64,000 nt of DNA from Vicugna vicugna (taxonomy: Eukaryota), in NCBI GenBank assembly GCA_013265495.1, contig MU057865.1, positions 868,001-932,000 of the forward strand. Reading direction: 5' to 3'. The first letter of the stretch is position 1; each line of letters starts with the position of its first letter. Shown here one piece after another: positions 34,905 to 46,770 of this stretch. The translations under genes and the position numbers were made by a program. The notes under the pieces were generated by a model. The model saw nothing but the letters and a program-made list of their open reading frames with translations, had not been told where the DNA came from and made no database searches.

Positions 34905-36210
34905 TGGGTGTGTTTTACAGTTACATTGTGGTATAATTGACATACATTAACCAACATGTATTTAAAGCATACACTTTGATAATCTCCGACATGTGAATGC
35001 ATGTGTGAAACCAGCAGCAACATCCAGATAACAGTCATGTTCATCACTTCCAAAACTTTCCTTCTCACCCTTCGTAACACCTTCCTGTTTTCCCTCCTTA
35101 ATGTCTTTCCCTACTTCCCCACCTCCAGGCAACAGCTGACCTACTTTCAATCACTATAGTTTCCATTTGCTAGAATTTTATATAAAAATAATTATACGAT
35201 ATTAACTACTTGTTGTTCAGTTTCTTTCACTTACTAGCACTATTTTGAGACTCACCAATACCTTTGGATGTATCAATGCTTCATTCATTCTATTTCTGAA
35301 TAGTATTTCAGTATGTGTTTTTATACACACACACATGCACGCACACACATACACCTAAAATTTGGTTATTTATTTCTCTGAAGATGGACAATTGATTTGA
35401 TTTGGTTTTGAGCTATTCCAAGTAAAGCCACTATGAACATTCACATATATATTAAAAATAAAGGTACTATGAGCCTAAATTTCTTTTGCAAATATATGTT
35501 TTCATTTATCGGCAGTAAATTCGTAGGACTGGAATAGCTAATTTGTAGGGTAGATGTATTTTTCTTTCTAAGAAACTACAGAACTGTCTTCCAAAAAAGT
35601 TGTAATGTTTTACATATCAAATTTTCTTCTCCTTCAAGCTTATATTGATTATTCTAGGATCTTTCTATTTACATGTGAATTTTAGAATTGACTTGTAAAT
35701 TTCTAAAATAAAGCCTGCTAGGATTTTGACAGAAATTGAATTGAGTCCACAGATCAATTTAGGAAGAATTAACATTGTAAAAATATTGAATCTTAAAATG
35801 CATGAAAATGGTATATTTATTAACTTCTTCTTTAATTTATTTCAGCAATAGAGTGTACTTACTAGTTTATAGCTCTTTCGCATCTGTCAGATTTGCTTCT
35901 AGGTTTACATATTTTTGACGCTATTTTAAATATGACCTAATTTTTTCAGTTATTTATTGCTATCATATAGAAGTAAAGTTGTTTTGATTACTGTTTTTTT
36001 TTAATCCTACAACATTGGCAGAATCTTTTATTAGTGACAGTAGTGTTTAATTAATTTTTCACATTCTCTAGGATTTCTATATAGACACGTGTCAACAGCA
36101 AACAGAGGTGATTTGATTTCTTCCTTTCCATCTGGATACCTCATATTTCTTTTTGTCAGGCTTTATTACTCTTGCTAGAAACTCCAGAATAATTTTGAAT
36201 AGAAGGAGTG
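34905..36210 (-). mobile_element. Old L1M LINE-1 (3'UTR into ORF2), antisense
   Basis: T-rich antisense L1 with hallmark 'aaagccactatgaacattc', 'gattttgacagaaattgaattgag...gatcaatttaggaagaatt'. Confidence 0.85.
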
Positions 36211-36211
36211 A

Positions 36212-36392
36212 GAAAACAACAGATTTCTGTATATTAGTCTTGTATCCTACAACTTTACTGATTTCATTCATTAATTATAATAGTTGGGGTTTTTTTTCCC
36301 AGTTGCTGGAGATTTTACAGTTTTTTTTTATATAGTATCATGTTACCTGAAAATAGTGATGGTTTTACTTCTTCCCTTCCAATTTGAATGAC
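36212..36392 (-). mobile_element. L1 ORF2 RT-domain fragment, antisense
   Basis: Minus strand reads IQIGREEVKPSLFSGNMILY (degenerate FADD motif) through to YKTNIQKSVVF. Confidence 0.8.
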
Positions 36393-36700
36393 TTTTCTTT
36401 CCTCTTTCCTTCTTCCTTTCCTTCTTTCTTCCTTTTTCTTTTTCTTTTCTTTTCTTTTCTTTTCTTTTCTTTTCTTTTCTTTTCTTTTCTTTTCTTTTCT
36501 TTTCTTTTCTTTTCTTTTCTTTTCTTTTCTTTTCTTTTCTTTTCTTTTCTTTTCTTTTCTTTTCTTTTCTTTTCTTTTCTTTTCTTTTCTTTTCTTTTCT
36601 TTTCTTTTCTTTTCTTTTCTTTTCTTTTCTTTTCTTTTCTTTTCTTTTCTTTTCTTTTCTTTTTTTCTTTCTTTCTTTCTTTCCCTCTTTCTTTCTTTCT
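36393..36700. repeat. Long (TTTTC)n polypyrimidine microsatellite
   Basis: Essentially pure TTTTC array ~36435-36660 with degenerate CT-rich flanks. Confidence 0.97.
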
Positions 36701-36701
36701 T

Positions 36702-38710
36702 TGATTAGATATCTGATACTCCTAAATCCATAAAGCCAAAGAAATATAAGTACAATGAAGAAGCAGAGGAACGACTCCCAATTAAAAGAACAAAAGAAAG
36801 CCCCTGAAAGAACAATCAATGAAATAGACCTTGGTAGTCTATGACATCATAACTTCCAAAAGGGAATGATCAACGCACTGAAGGAACTAAAAGAGACTAT
36901 GCATAGAGAGAGAATACATTTAAAAAAATTGAAGCTATACAGATGAGCCAATTAAAAACAGAAAACTCAACAGCTGAGATAAGAGCCAAGCTAAAGGCAG
37001 TCAAAAGCAGACTAGATAATGCAGAGGAATGAATAAGTGAGTTAGAAGACAGGATAAAAGAAGTCACATAGTCAGAAAAGCAGACAGAAAAGTAAATAAA
37101 AGTCAGTGAAAGCAATATAAGGAACCTATGGGATAATATTATGTGTGCCAACCTACACATAATAGGTGTCCCAGAAGGAGAAGAAGGAGAAAAGGGGATT
37201 GAAAAGGTATTTGAAGAAATCATGACTGGAAACTTCCCAAGCCTAAAGAAGAAATCAGATATCCAAGTACAGAAAGCACAAAAGGTCTACGACAAGAACC
37301 AAAACAGGAAAGAAATAATAAAGATCAGGGAGGAAATAAAAAAAATAGAGATTAAAATAGAGATTAAAAAACAATAGGAAAAAAATCAATCAAACCAAGA
37401 GCAGGTTTTTTGAAAGAATAAACAAAATTGACCAACCTCTGGCCAGGCTCAAGAGGAAGAAAAGGGAGAACACACAGTAATCAAAATAAGAAATGAAAAT
37501 GAAGAGATTACAGCCAGCATCACAGAGATACAAAAATCATAAGAGAATACTATGAACAACTATATGGCACTGTATCTGACAACTTAGAAGAAATGGACAA
37601 GTTCCTAGAAACATACAGCCCACCAAAACTGAATCAAGAAGAAACAGATAATTTGAACAGACCAATCACTAGAAGTGAAATAGAATCAGTAATAAAAAAC
37701 CTTCCTGCAAACAAAAGTCCAGGACCAGATGGCTTCACTGGGGAATTCTATCAAACACACAAAGAAGAGCTCATATCGATCCTTCTCAAACTCTTCCAAA
37801 AGATTAAAGAGGAGTCAACACTCCTAAACTCATTTGACGAAGCCAACCTGATACCAAAGCTGGACAAAGGCAAGACCGAAAAAGAAAACCTCACACCAGT
37901 CAGAATGGCCATCATTCAAAAGTCCACAAATGAGAAGTGCTGGAGAGGCTGTGGAGAAAAGGGAATCCTCCTACACTGCTGGTGGGAATGCAGTTTGGTG
38001 CAGCCACTGTGGAAAACAGTATGGAGATTCCTCAAAACACTAGGAACAGACTTATGAACCCAGTAATCCCACTCCTGAGCATATATCCAAAAGGAACCCT
38101 ACTTCAGAAAGACACCGCACCCCAATGTTCATGCAGCACTATTTACAATAGCCAAGACATGGAAGAAGCCTTAATGTCCATCAACAGATGACTGGATAAA
38201 GAAGATGTGGTATATTTATACAACAGAATACTATTCAGCCATAAAAATGACAAAATAATGCCATTTGTAGCAACATGGATGTCCCTGGAGAATGTCATTC
38301 TAAGTGAAGTAAGTCAGAAAGAAAAAGAAAAATACCATATGATATCACTCATATGTGGAATATTAAAAAAAAGAAAGAAAGAAGACAAATGAACTTAAAT
38401 ATAAAACAGAAACAGACATAGGAAACAAACTTATGGTTACCAGGAGGTAAAGCAGGTAGGAAGGGATAAATTGGGAGTTTGAGATTTCCAGATACTAAGT
38501 ACTATATATAAAATACATAAACAAGTTTATACTGTATAGCACAGGGAACTATAATCTATATCTTGTAGTAACTTACGGTTAAAAAGAATGTGGAAAAAAT
38601 TGAAGATAAATATATGTATGTTCCTATATGGCTGAAGTATTGCGGTATACCAGAAATTGACACAACATTATAAACTGAGTGCACTTCAATAAAAATATAT
38701 TTAAAAATTA
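36702..38710 (+). mobile_element. Internally deleted LINE-1: ORF1 N-terminal part + ORF2 linker + ORF2 C-terminus + 3'UTR; inactive
   Basis: ORF1 from ATG 36755 (MKKQRN...NLHIIGVPEGEE...FEEIMTGNFP); ORF2 linker (RKEIIKIREEI...[14 protein letters not shown]); Cys-rich C-terminus ([17 protein letters not shown]); 3'UTR with AATAAA. Multiple stops and frameshifts. Confidence 0.93.
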
Positions 38711-38719
38711 TAGAAATAG

Positions 38720-38900
38720 AAATAAAAATCATCAAACCAAAAAAAAAAAAATCCTAAGGATAAATTTAACCAAGGAGGTAAAAGTCCTGTACTCTGAAAA
38801 CTATAAAACATTTAATGAAGGAAATTGAAGATGGTATTAAAAATAGAAAGATATCTTGTGCTCTTGAATTGGAAGAATTAATATTGTTAAAATAACCATA
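38720..38900 (+). mobile_element. L1 ORF2 post-RT fragment, sense
   Basis: Reads as degenerate (Y)LGINLTKEVK.LYSENYK...KDI.CS.IGRINIVK. Confidence 0.8.
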
Positions 38901-40105
38901 TTTTAAATTCTGCTTGAGCCAATTTTGTTAATTTGCAGTTTGCTTTCTTTTCTTTTTCACTTTAAAAATCTTCTTCTCTTTCTTCACCACCTTCCTTTGT
39001 GTCAAAAATATTTAATGTACTGTCTTAATTCTTCTGTTGATTTTTTTAAGCTTTTGAGTTATTTTCTTAGTCATTGCTTTGGGGAATACAGTATAGATGT
39101 ACATCTTGTCTACTTCATCTAGATTCTTGCCATAAATTCATTCATACTTTTTCTTTAAAGAACACTTGGTTCTGAAGTTGTTGATAGTGATTTTCCCTTT
39201 TGCTAATTTTTGTAATTTCATCTTTTATTTTCTTGTTTAAGCTAATGTTTATCAAGTTGTTGATTTTTTAAAGAATAAATTTTGGTTTTGTTTATTTTCT
39301 CTATTGATTTCATTATTTTTCATTCCATTCTTCACAAGTTTCTTATTTCCTTCTGCTTGGCTTGCTTTCAGTTTGTCCTCCATTGTCTAGTTTCTCAATG
39401 TGGACGTTTAACCTAATGATCTAAGACTTTTCCTTTCTAATATAGGGATTTAAAGAGAAATTTTCTCCAAGCACTGCTATCGCTGCATCTTGAAAATGTG
39501 GACATTTTTTAAAATCTAATTTCTCTTATGGCTTTTTTTTGACTCATTGATTAAGTAGATGATGTTGATTAATTTCTGAATATTTATAAATTTCTTAAAG
39601 TTTCTTCTGTTATTGATTTCTAATCTGACTCCACTGTAGTTGGAAAATGTACTTTGTATGGTGTCAGTCTTTTTAAATTTGAGGTCGTTTTATGGCACAA
39701 ATGCAGTCTATCCTGGAGACCCGCACGTGTTCTTGAGAAGAATGTGTATTCTGCTTCTGTTAGGCAGACTGCTCTGGAAATATCTAAATTTTGCTTTATC
39801 GTGTCACTCAGGTCCCTTTTATGCTTGCTAATCTTCTGTGTAGTTGTTCTATTTGTTACTGAGAGTGGGTTACTTAAGTTTTAAACTATTATTTTTGAGT
39901 TGTCTAATTCCACCCACAATTTTGTAAATACTTCATGCATTTTGGAGCTCTATAGTTAAGTGTATAAATGTTCACAACTGTTATATATTACCAACAATAA
40001 CCTTTTTAAAATATGTATTTTCCTCTCTAGTAATGTTTCTTGAATTGAAGTCAATTTTTTATATTATTAATATAACCACTCCAGTTCTCATAGAGTAGCT
40101 CATTT
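38900..40105 (-). mobile_element. Old L1M ORF2 (EN-linker region), antisense
   Basis: Typical antisense L1 'gttattgatttctaatctgactccactgtagttggaaaa...ttgagaagaatgtgtattctgc'. Confidence 0.8.
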
Positions 40106-40338
40106 CATGTTTAGTTTAATATATATTTTATTTCACCCAATGTATCCAAAATAATGTATCTGCATATAGTGTGCAATCAGTATATAATTATTAGTGAGGT
40201 ACTTTAAATTGTCTTCTTCTTACTAAGTCTTTGAAATACAGCCAGTATTTTATAGTTACAGCATGTCTCAATGTCCACTAGTCACACTTCAAGCGCTCCA
40301 AAGTCACATCTGATTATTAACCTATAAAAAGGTGCAGA
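40105..40338. mobile_element. MER33-like hAT-Charlie MITE
   Basis: 'tttatttcacccaatgtatccaaaata...tactaagtctttgaaat...ttacagcatgtctcaat...actagtcacacttcaagcgctc'. Confidence 0.75.
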
Positions 40339-40429
40339 CCTGGAGTTTGTCTCACCATTCTGAAATGCAGTCGTTAAGAACGTGGGATTTGTAAGAGCAG
40401 GGTCTGGAAACAGAAAGTCAAAAAATATG

Positions 40430-40885
40430 AAATTATCATTCTAGGCAAAGTAAACCAGAAAGAGAAAGAAAAATGCCATATGATATCACTCATATATAGA
40501 ATATAAAAAAAAATTAAAAGAGAGAGAGAGAGAGAAAAGAAGACACTAATGAACTCATCTACAAAATAAAAACAGACTCACAGACATAATAAACAATCTT
40601 ATGGTTACCAGGGGCAAGGGGGTGGGAAGGGATAAATTTGTGAGTTTAAGATTTGCAAATCATAATCAGTATCTATAATCTATAAAAATAGATTAAAAAA
40701 CAGATTTCTTCTATATAGCACAGGGAACTATACTCCATATCTTGTAGCAACCCTTAATGAAATATAATATGAAAAGAAATATTTGTATATATATGCATGA
40801 CTGGGACATTATGCTGTACACCAGAAATTGACACATTGGAACTGATTATATTTCAACTAAAAAAAAAGTTAAAAAAAAAAAACAA
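40430..40885 (+). mobile_element. L1 3' end (older lineage subfamily)
   Basis: ORF2 terminus 'atcattctaggcaaagtaaaccagaaagagaaag', 3'UTR ending 'gctgtacaccagaaattgacacattg' and A-tail. Confidence 0.9.
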
Positions 40886-41293
40886 AGACAATGTGAAAAC
40901 AATATGTCATTCTGGAGTCACAGTTAAATTCAACCTCAGATGTGGAATCAGCCCAGGTCCATGAAAAATAGTTATCAAACCAAAGTTGTAAAAGCCTACA
41001 TTTTTTTCCCCTTAGAGACACCTGCCAATTCCTTCAGAATACTGCATCATACTTCTCACTTTGGACTCTAGACTCCTTTGACTATATGTAACTCTGTGTG
41101 TCTGTGTGTGTATCTGCATGTATGAGAGAGAGAGAGAGAGACCTGTGTATAAGGAAACATATGTGCAGAGTACTTGTAAAGAAAGGTGGAATCATGGATT
41201 ACCCACAGTTTTCTAATTTGCTTTTGCCACATGGCCATACATCTTGGACTTCTTTTCATTTTGCTCCATAGATTCTTCCTTAATATATTTTTG

Positions 41294-41319
<26 letters not shown>

Positions 41320-41325
<6 letters not shown>

Positions 41326-42030
41326 TGAACAATTTTCATTGATTTATAATCATTTTACAATGTTGTGTTAAATTCCAGTGTAGAGCACAATTTTTAAGTT
41401 ATACATGAACATATATATATTCATTGTCACATTTTTTTCTCTGTGAACTACCATAAGATCTTGTGTATATTTCCCTGTGCTATACAGTATAATCTTGTTT
41501 ATCTATTCTACAATTTTGAAATCCCGTCTATCCCTTCCCACCCTCCGCCCCCTTGGCAATCACAAGTTTGTATTCTATGTCTATGAGTCTATTTCTGTTT
41601 TGTATTTATGCTTTGTTTGTTTGTTTGTTTTTAGATTCCACATATGAGCGATCTCATATGGTATTTTTCTTTCTCTTTCTGGCTTATTTCACTTAGAATG
41701 ACATTCTCCAGGAGCATCCACGTTGCTGCAAATGGCTTTATGTTGTCGGTTTTTATGGCTGAGTAGTATTCCATTGTATAAATATACCACATCTTCCTTA
41801 TCCAGTCATCTGTCGATGGATATTTAGGGTGTCTCTGTGTATTGGCTATTGTAAATAGTGCTGCATGAACATTGGAGTGCAGGTGTCATCCTGAAGTAGG
41901 GTTCCTGCTGGATATAAGCCCAGGAGCGGGATTCCTGGGTCATACGGTAAGTCTATTCCTAGTGTTTTGAGGAATCTCCATACTGTTTTCCACAGTGGCT
42001 GCACCAAACTGCATTCCCACCAGCAGTGTG
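41320..42030 (-). mobile_element. Young L1 3' ~700 bp, antisense
   Basis: Reverse complement of the 11.0-11.4 kb element extended into the ORF2 C-terminus; retains many CpGs; (TA)n at the tail. Confidence 0.95.
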
Positions 42031-42073
42031 AAGTATAGTCAGTTACAATGTTGTGTCAGCTTCTGGTGTACAG
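42031..42073 (-). mobile_element. Short older-subfamily L1 3' stub abutting the young L1
   Basis: 'aagtatagtcagttacaatgttgtgtcagcttctggtgtacag' is the antisense of the older 3' terminus. Confidence 0.75.
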
Positions 42074-42199
42074 TATTTTTCATGGTAGCTTTAAATAATA
42101 TATCTATTTTCTGCCATTCTTTTAGACAATACCCTGACAATACATTATTTTGAGGTTCCCACAGCTAAATGAATCGTGGCCATTATAGTCTTGTCTACA

Positions 42200-42930
42200 T
42201 TGTAAATATGTCCTACAGAATACATTCTCAAAATGAAAGTAAGCTGCTGATGAAAAGACTATGGACATATAAGTTTTTGTTACACACTGACAAACCACCT
42301 ACCAAATTCAGCATGTTTATACCCCACCTACATGGCAACATTGTCGAGTTCCCCACACAGTACTTTTTCCACAGGAAATCAACCTTTAAATAGTTTTCTA
42401 ATCTAGTGGGCAAAAATGGTATTATCTTATGGTTTTGTTTTAATGTTTTGCACTTATTCATGAGTAAGCCTTTTATATTTGTGTTGGAAATTAACACTCT
42501 TTTACTGAAATTCCTCAGTTTTATATTTGATTGCTTTTTCATTTCCTTCAAAAGTCTTTTATAGATATTAATACTTTATGTGTTATGAATGTTAGACTTT
42601 ACCCTATATTCTTTGCCTTTTTTTTTCACTCACAATGTATTGTGCTGTGATATGTTTACAATTTTATGCACTAAAATACATCAATGTTTTTTTCTTGTAT
42701 GGCCTCACGATTTTGAAACTTGCTTGGGAAGATCCTTTCTACACTGAGATTGAAAATAAATATTTTCCAATATTTTGTCTAAGACTTTTATAGATTCCCA
42801 TGTATAGATCTTTATTCTACTGAGAATTTGTTTTGAACTATGACGTAGGGATCTAAGTTTTTAAAATTTTTCTAATGTGTCCACTTTTCCTGATACCATT
42901 GAAGTTAATTTGTGTTGTTCTTTTAATGAT
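42200..42930 (-). mobile_element. Very old L1M fragment, antisense
   Basis: 'atctagtgggcaaaaatggtattatcttatggttttgttttaat...gatattaatactttatgtgttatgaatgtt'. Confidence 0.6.
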
Positions 42931-43109
42931 GTATTAGATAATCTTAGACATGCAATACTTTGATTCCTAAGTGAATTTTACATATTTCTTAGGTGTTATA
43001 TTTTCCCATGATCTCCACAGCTCACACTTAAATTGTACTTGGCTCATACAATATAATAAATATTTGCTCACTGACAGAATAACCAGGTTGATTAAATTCT
43101 GAATATTAA

Positions 43110-43330
43110 TGATAATAATGCCTCACATTTACATAGCCCTTTGTCATATACAAAGCACTTACATATACATTTGTTTAATTTTCATAACAACCCTGTGAGT
43201 TAAATGGGACAGGTGTTACATTCTCCGCTTTACAAATGAGGAAATCAAGGCCAAGGGAAGGAAGCAATTTGTTCAAGGTCACATTGATACTATGGGATGA
43301 GTAATGATCCAGAAAACAGTTCTGCATCCA
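43110..43330 (-). mobile_element. MIR SINE, antisense
   Basis: 'cataacaaccctgtgag...ctttacaaatgaggaaatcaaggc...aatttgttcaaggtcaca'. Confidence 0.8.
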
Positions 43331-44309
43331 ATGCATTTGTTCCCTTCCCCACATCAAGCCTGCTCAGAGATCGTTCACATTTAGTCATTTGTTTTTTTCA
43401 ACAATCACCAACTGAGACCTGGAGCAGAGACTCAGTTGCATATCCAGCACTTATCTTTCCCCTCATTTCTGAAAGAATCTTCATTATGTTCAGGTATCTA
43501 CCTTTTTCAGGACATAACTCAGAGAAAGAGTGGATCCTGTTAGGATAATGCGTCGTGAAGACAGCATTCTTTCCAGGTAACTGGTTCAGAACTGGCATCT
43601 GATTATTTTTGGTCAATGAGTTGTAGGGGGATGTGTGCCTGGGGTACGGGGCCTCTGAGTCCCTTTCTTTACTCTTAAGAAAGAGACACAAGGTGTGAAA
43701 AGTCCTTCGTCTCTTCCCAGCAGAAACCACCGTTGGATGTCACACCGAGACCTGCTAAGGCCATCTTGCTGCTGGACTGAAGAGGAAGTCACCACGGAGG
43801 GAGAATCCAGGGAGACCCCTTGGAGGGATGCGGGATCCTGTTCCAGCTCTGAAGTCCTCGTGATGTGAGAAACATTTCCTAATGCTCATGTCAGCTTCTG
43901 ACGAACTGCAGGTGAAAGTTGTCCTATTGATACAAAAGCCCAGTGAGCATGCAGAATGGAGAGACTGGTGATGCCGACTTCCCCAAAGCAACAGGTTTTC
44001 AAAGAGTCTACTTTTTGTACCGAGCTGTTGAAGATCCTATTTATGTTTCTACTGCTCCTGCCCCAACCTCTGAAACTAAAAGATATTTGAGGCTTTTTAT
44101 GTCTTTAATGGGGAGCTGTGCATTCTTCAAATCTGAAAAACGCTATCTTGAAATATATGTCTTCTTGAGGAAATTTATGTTTAACAGAAACCAAAGCCTT
44201 TATCTTTAAGGATGGAGATGTCTTATCTATTTCTAGTTAAAAGAGGGTTTTCCAACCTCGAGACCCTCCATGCTACAGAAGATGGGAGAGTCTGAGTGTC
44301 AGAGAGGCT

Positions 44310-44480
44310 CAAGATGGAATCATAGCTCTCACTTGCCTGTGTGTGATCTTGGGCTAGTTTCATATTGTCTCTTAAACTCAATTTTCTCAACATAAAAGCT
44401 GTGTAAGTGTCATGTGTGTTGCCATGGGATTGGGTATGATAATATACGTAAAATGTCTGACAGCCTGACTCGTGGAAAAC
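44310..44480 (+). mobile_element. MIR SINE
   Basis: 'cacttgcctgtgtgtgatcttgggctagtt...ctcaattttctcaacataaaa'. Confidence 0.65.
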
Positions 44481-45230
44481 ACCAAAAAAATGAAATTTCT
44501 CTATTTTCTCCTTTTCTTAAAATTTTCCCTGGTGGGCTAAGGGGTCTGCTCCGCAAGTGGCCTCTGCTTTCTCTGTCATTGTCAGCAGGTAGCACTTTTC
44601 TGAGGTCCCGCAGGGCAGGAATCAATGCATGTGGTGCAAATACTTCTGAGGTGGGGGTTTATAACATGCACCCAGACTCCCGAGGCCGCACATTCTCAGG
44701 GTCACACCTCTTGGTTGCCTACAGCCCCACTAACTGCTCGGTCCTGCTCTAAGGTAATGAGGTTCATTGCTCGATGCTTTCTCCCAGGGAAGGCAGGCAT
44801 GCCCGGCGTCCTCACTGCTGTTACATGTCATCTGCCTGCTCAGAACTGCCTCCTATTATTACCCTCCTGCTACCCTTTCCCCTGATAATTGTCAGTGGAT
44901 GCCCTCCATCTGCCTTCTCCCCCTGGCTAATTGCCTTCTGTTTCTCCCTCCCCCTTCATCACATGGCTGGTCTGCCCTCCTGCCACCCTTCTTACCTGCT
45001 AACCTCTGTTTGATTTGCTGCCTGGACGTGGGCAGCAAGGGCCTTTCTGCCCTTCAGACTGCCTGCCGCCTGCTGCGGGCCTGGGGTCACCTTCCTGCTG
45101 CCTGCTCCACCTGTCCCAGGGCTGGGCAGTTTCGCCCCCTGAAATGCACAGATGGGATCTCTTCAGCTTCCCTGGGACTGTCTAATGGGGAAATGGGATG
45201 CAAATGACTGCAGAATAAATGGGAAGGAAG

Positions 45231-45251
45231 AAAACAAACAAACAAAAAAGC

Positions 45252-45289
<38 letters not shown>
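45231..45289. repeat. A-rich tract ending in an ~30-nt poly(A)
   Basis: Directly visible. Confidence 0.9.
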
Positions 45290-45290
<1 letters not shown>

Positions 45291-46649
45291 CAAACACCCA
45301 GATATTTAAGAATCCGGAGTAACTGAGCTGAATAAAGTTGCGTCTGTCTCAGAATCCAGGACACAAATACAAGATGGAAAGAGGAAAACGTTCTGGGGGT
45401 GGGTTAAAACAGTCTTTCCACTGTGTGGGAAGCAGTCAAATGTTGCAGGGAAGAGCCCGGAGGGTTAAGGGTCCTCTTCCATGTCTAACCCTGAAAGTAA
45501 CAGTCAGCTTTGTGATACAGACGTCTGTTCATGGAAAGTGATTGCATTTCACCGCATGGCCCACTTCCCCTGAACGCTGGGGGCCCTTAAAACTGCTGCT
45601 GAATGTTTGCAACCAGTATCTAGAATTTAGACTTCCATATCTATTTTAGATGCTCTGTTGGCCCTGGGAGCAGAAACCTCTTTTCGGAGTGGTGTTTTCC
45701 TTTGATTTTTCTCTAATTGTTTGTTTAAACTGGCACAAAACCCTCACAGATTGGGGACAGCTGCAAGTTAATCAAATCTTTTACTGAGAACTTTAGTCCC
45801 AAAGACAGAGTTCCATCTAAACCAGAGAAATTGCTCTTAGGCCAAAAATGAATTATATTATTCAGAATACAGAGGTCTTTTATATTTGAGTGGAAAGGAG
45901 ACGCAGAGATCAGGTGTCAGGTCCTCCAAACTTGGCTAAGAACACAAAGAGCGTTTGAGAAATGGTGGGCGTGAACACTTTGGACGTGGGGTCTGAAATT
46001 TGCTTTTCTCTAAGACCAATGGCTAATGCCTCATTTGCAGCCTTCTCAAGCAGGAGACATTTGAAGATGTGTATTTCCACATCCCCAGAAGTTGCACTGT
46101 CAGTTACTGTCTGTTCAAAAAGTTTTAATTTGAAACAAAATCAATTTGTTACCTCTAACTAAAAAAACCTGTTACCTTTCTCCTCAAACTGACAACCAGA
46201 CCAACTAGAAAATCATAACATTATTTAGTCCTTAAATTGATTTTTCCTCCTTAAAACCAATTATTCGTATGACAATAATGTTAATAATGACAACCAGGCT
46301 CAAGTTGCCTCTTCTCGGCCTCAGCTTCTTCATTTGTAACGTGAAGCAAAGAAAACCAGACACTCTCCTGAGGTTCCACGGAACTTGAAGATTCTGGAGT
46401 AATTTTGTATCCTAAGAGTCATGTGACGTAATTTATCAAGTTATTTCTGAAACATGCCTGTGGCCCCCACTGGTAATGATTAGTCACCAGCACCTACATT
46501 TGACAGATTTCCTAGTTCTCATAGTCCTGGAATGTGAGGGAACAAGACTGTAGCAGATCCAGCCATTGTCTCGAGAGCTGAACATGCACATAATTAAATC
46601 TCCAAGGATACAAGGAGAGATGTGAAATCCGTTGATGCAAATCATACAA

Positions 46650-46770
46650 AATCGGAGATGAAGGAAACTTAGTGATATCTAATTCCATTTCTTCATGGTG
46701 TGGGGACAGTAACCAAGGTCTCAAGAATGCAAGTGACTTGCCTGGTGTGAGTGACAGATTAGGGCTACAC
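46650..46770 (-). mobile_element. MIR fragment
   Basis: 'gatatctaattcc...aaccaaggtctcaagaatgcaagtgacttgcctggtgt'. Confidence 0.5.

Noticed and set aside
36343..36819. 158-aa Lys/Arg/Glu-rich ORF and the antisense Phe/Ser/Leu ORFs
   Set aside because: They are translations of the stop-free (TTTTC)n microsatellite.
37141..38392. ORFs 37141-37377, 37593-38057 and 38207-38392 as functional genes
   Set aside because: They are L1 ORF1/ORF2 remnants with stops and frameshifts; EN and RT are missing. Reported as a mobile element.
44767..45207. 146-aa Leu/Pro/Cys-rich ORF
   Set aside because: C/T-rich low complexity suppresses stop codons; no recognisable homology.
45231..45289. Poly(A) as the tail of a processed pseudogene
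   Set aside because: An AATAAA lies just upstream (~45214), but I see no recognisable coding homology and no TSD.
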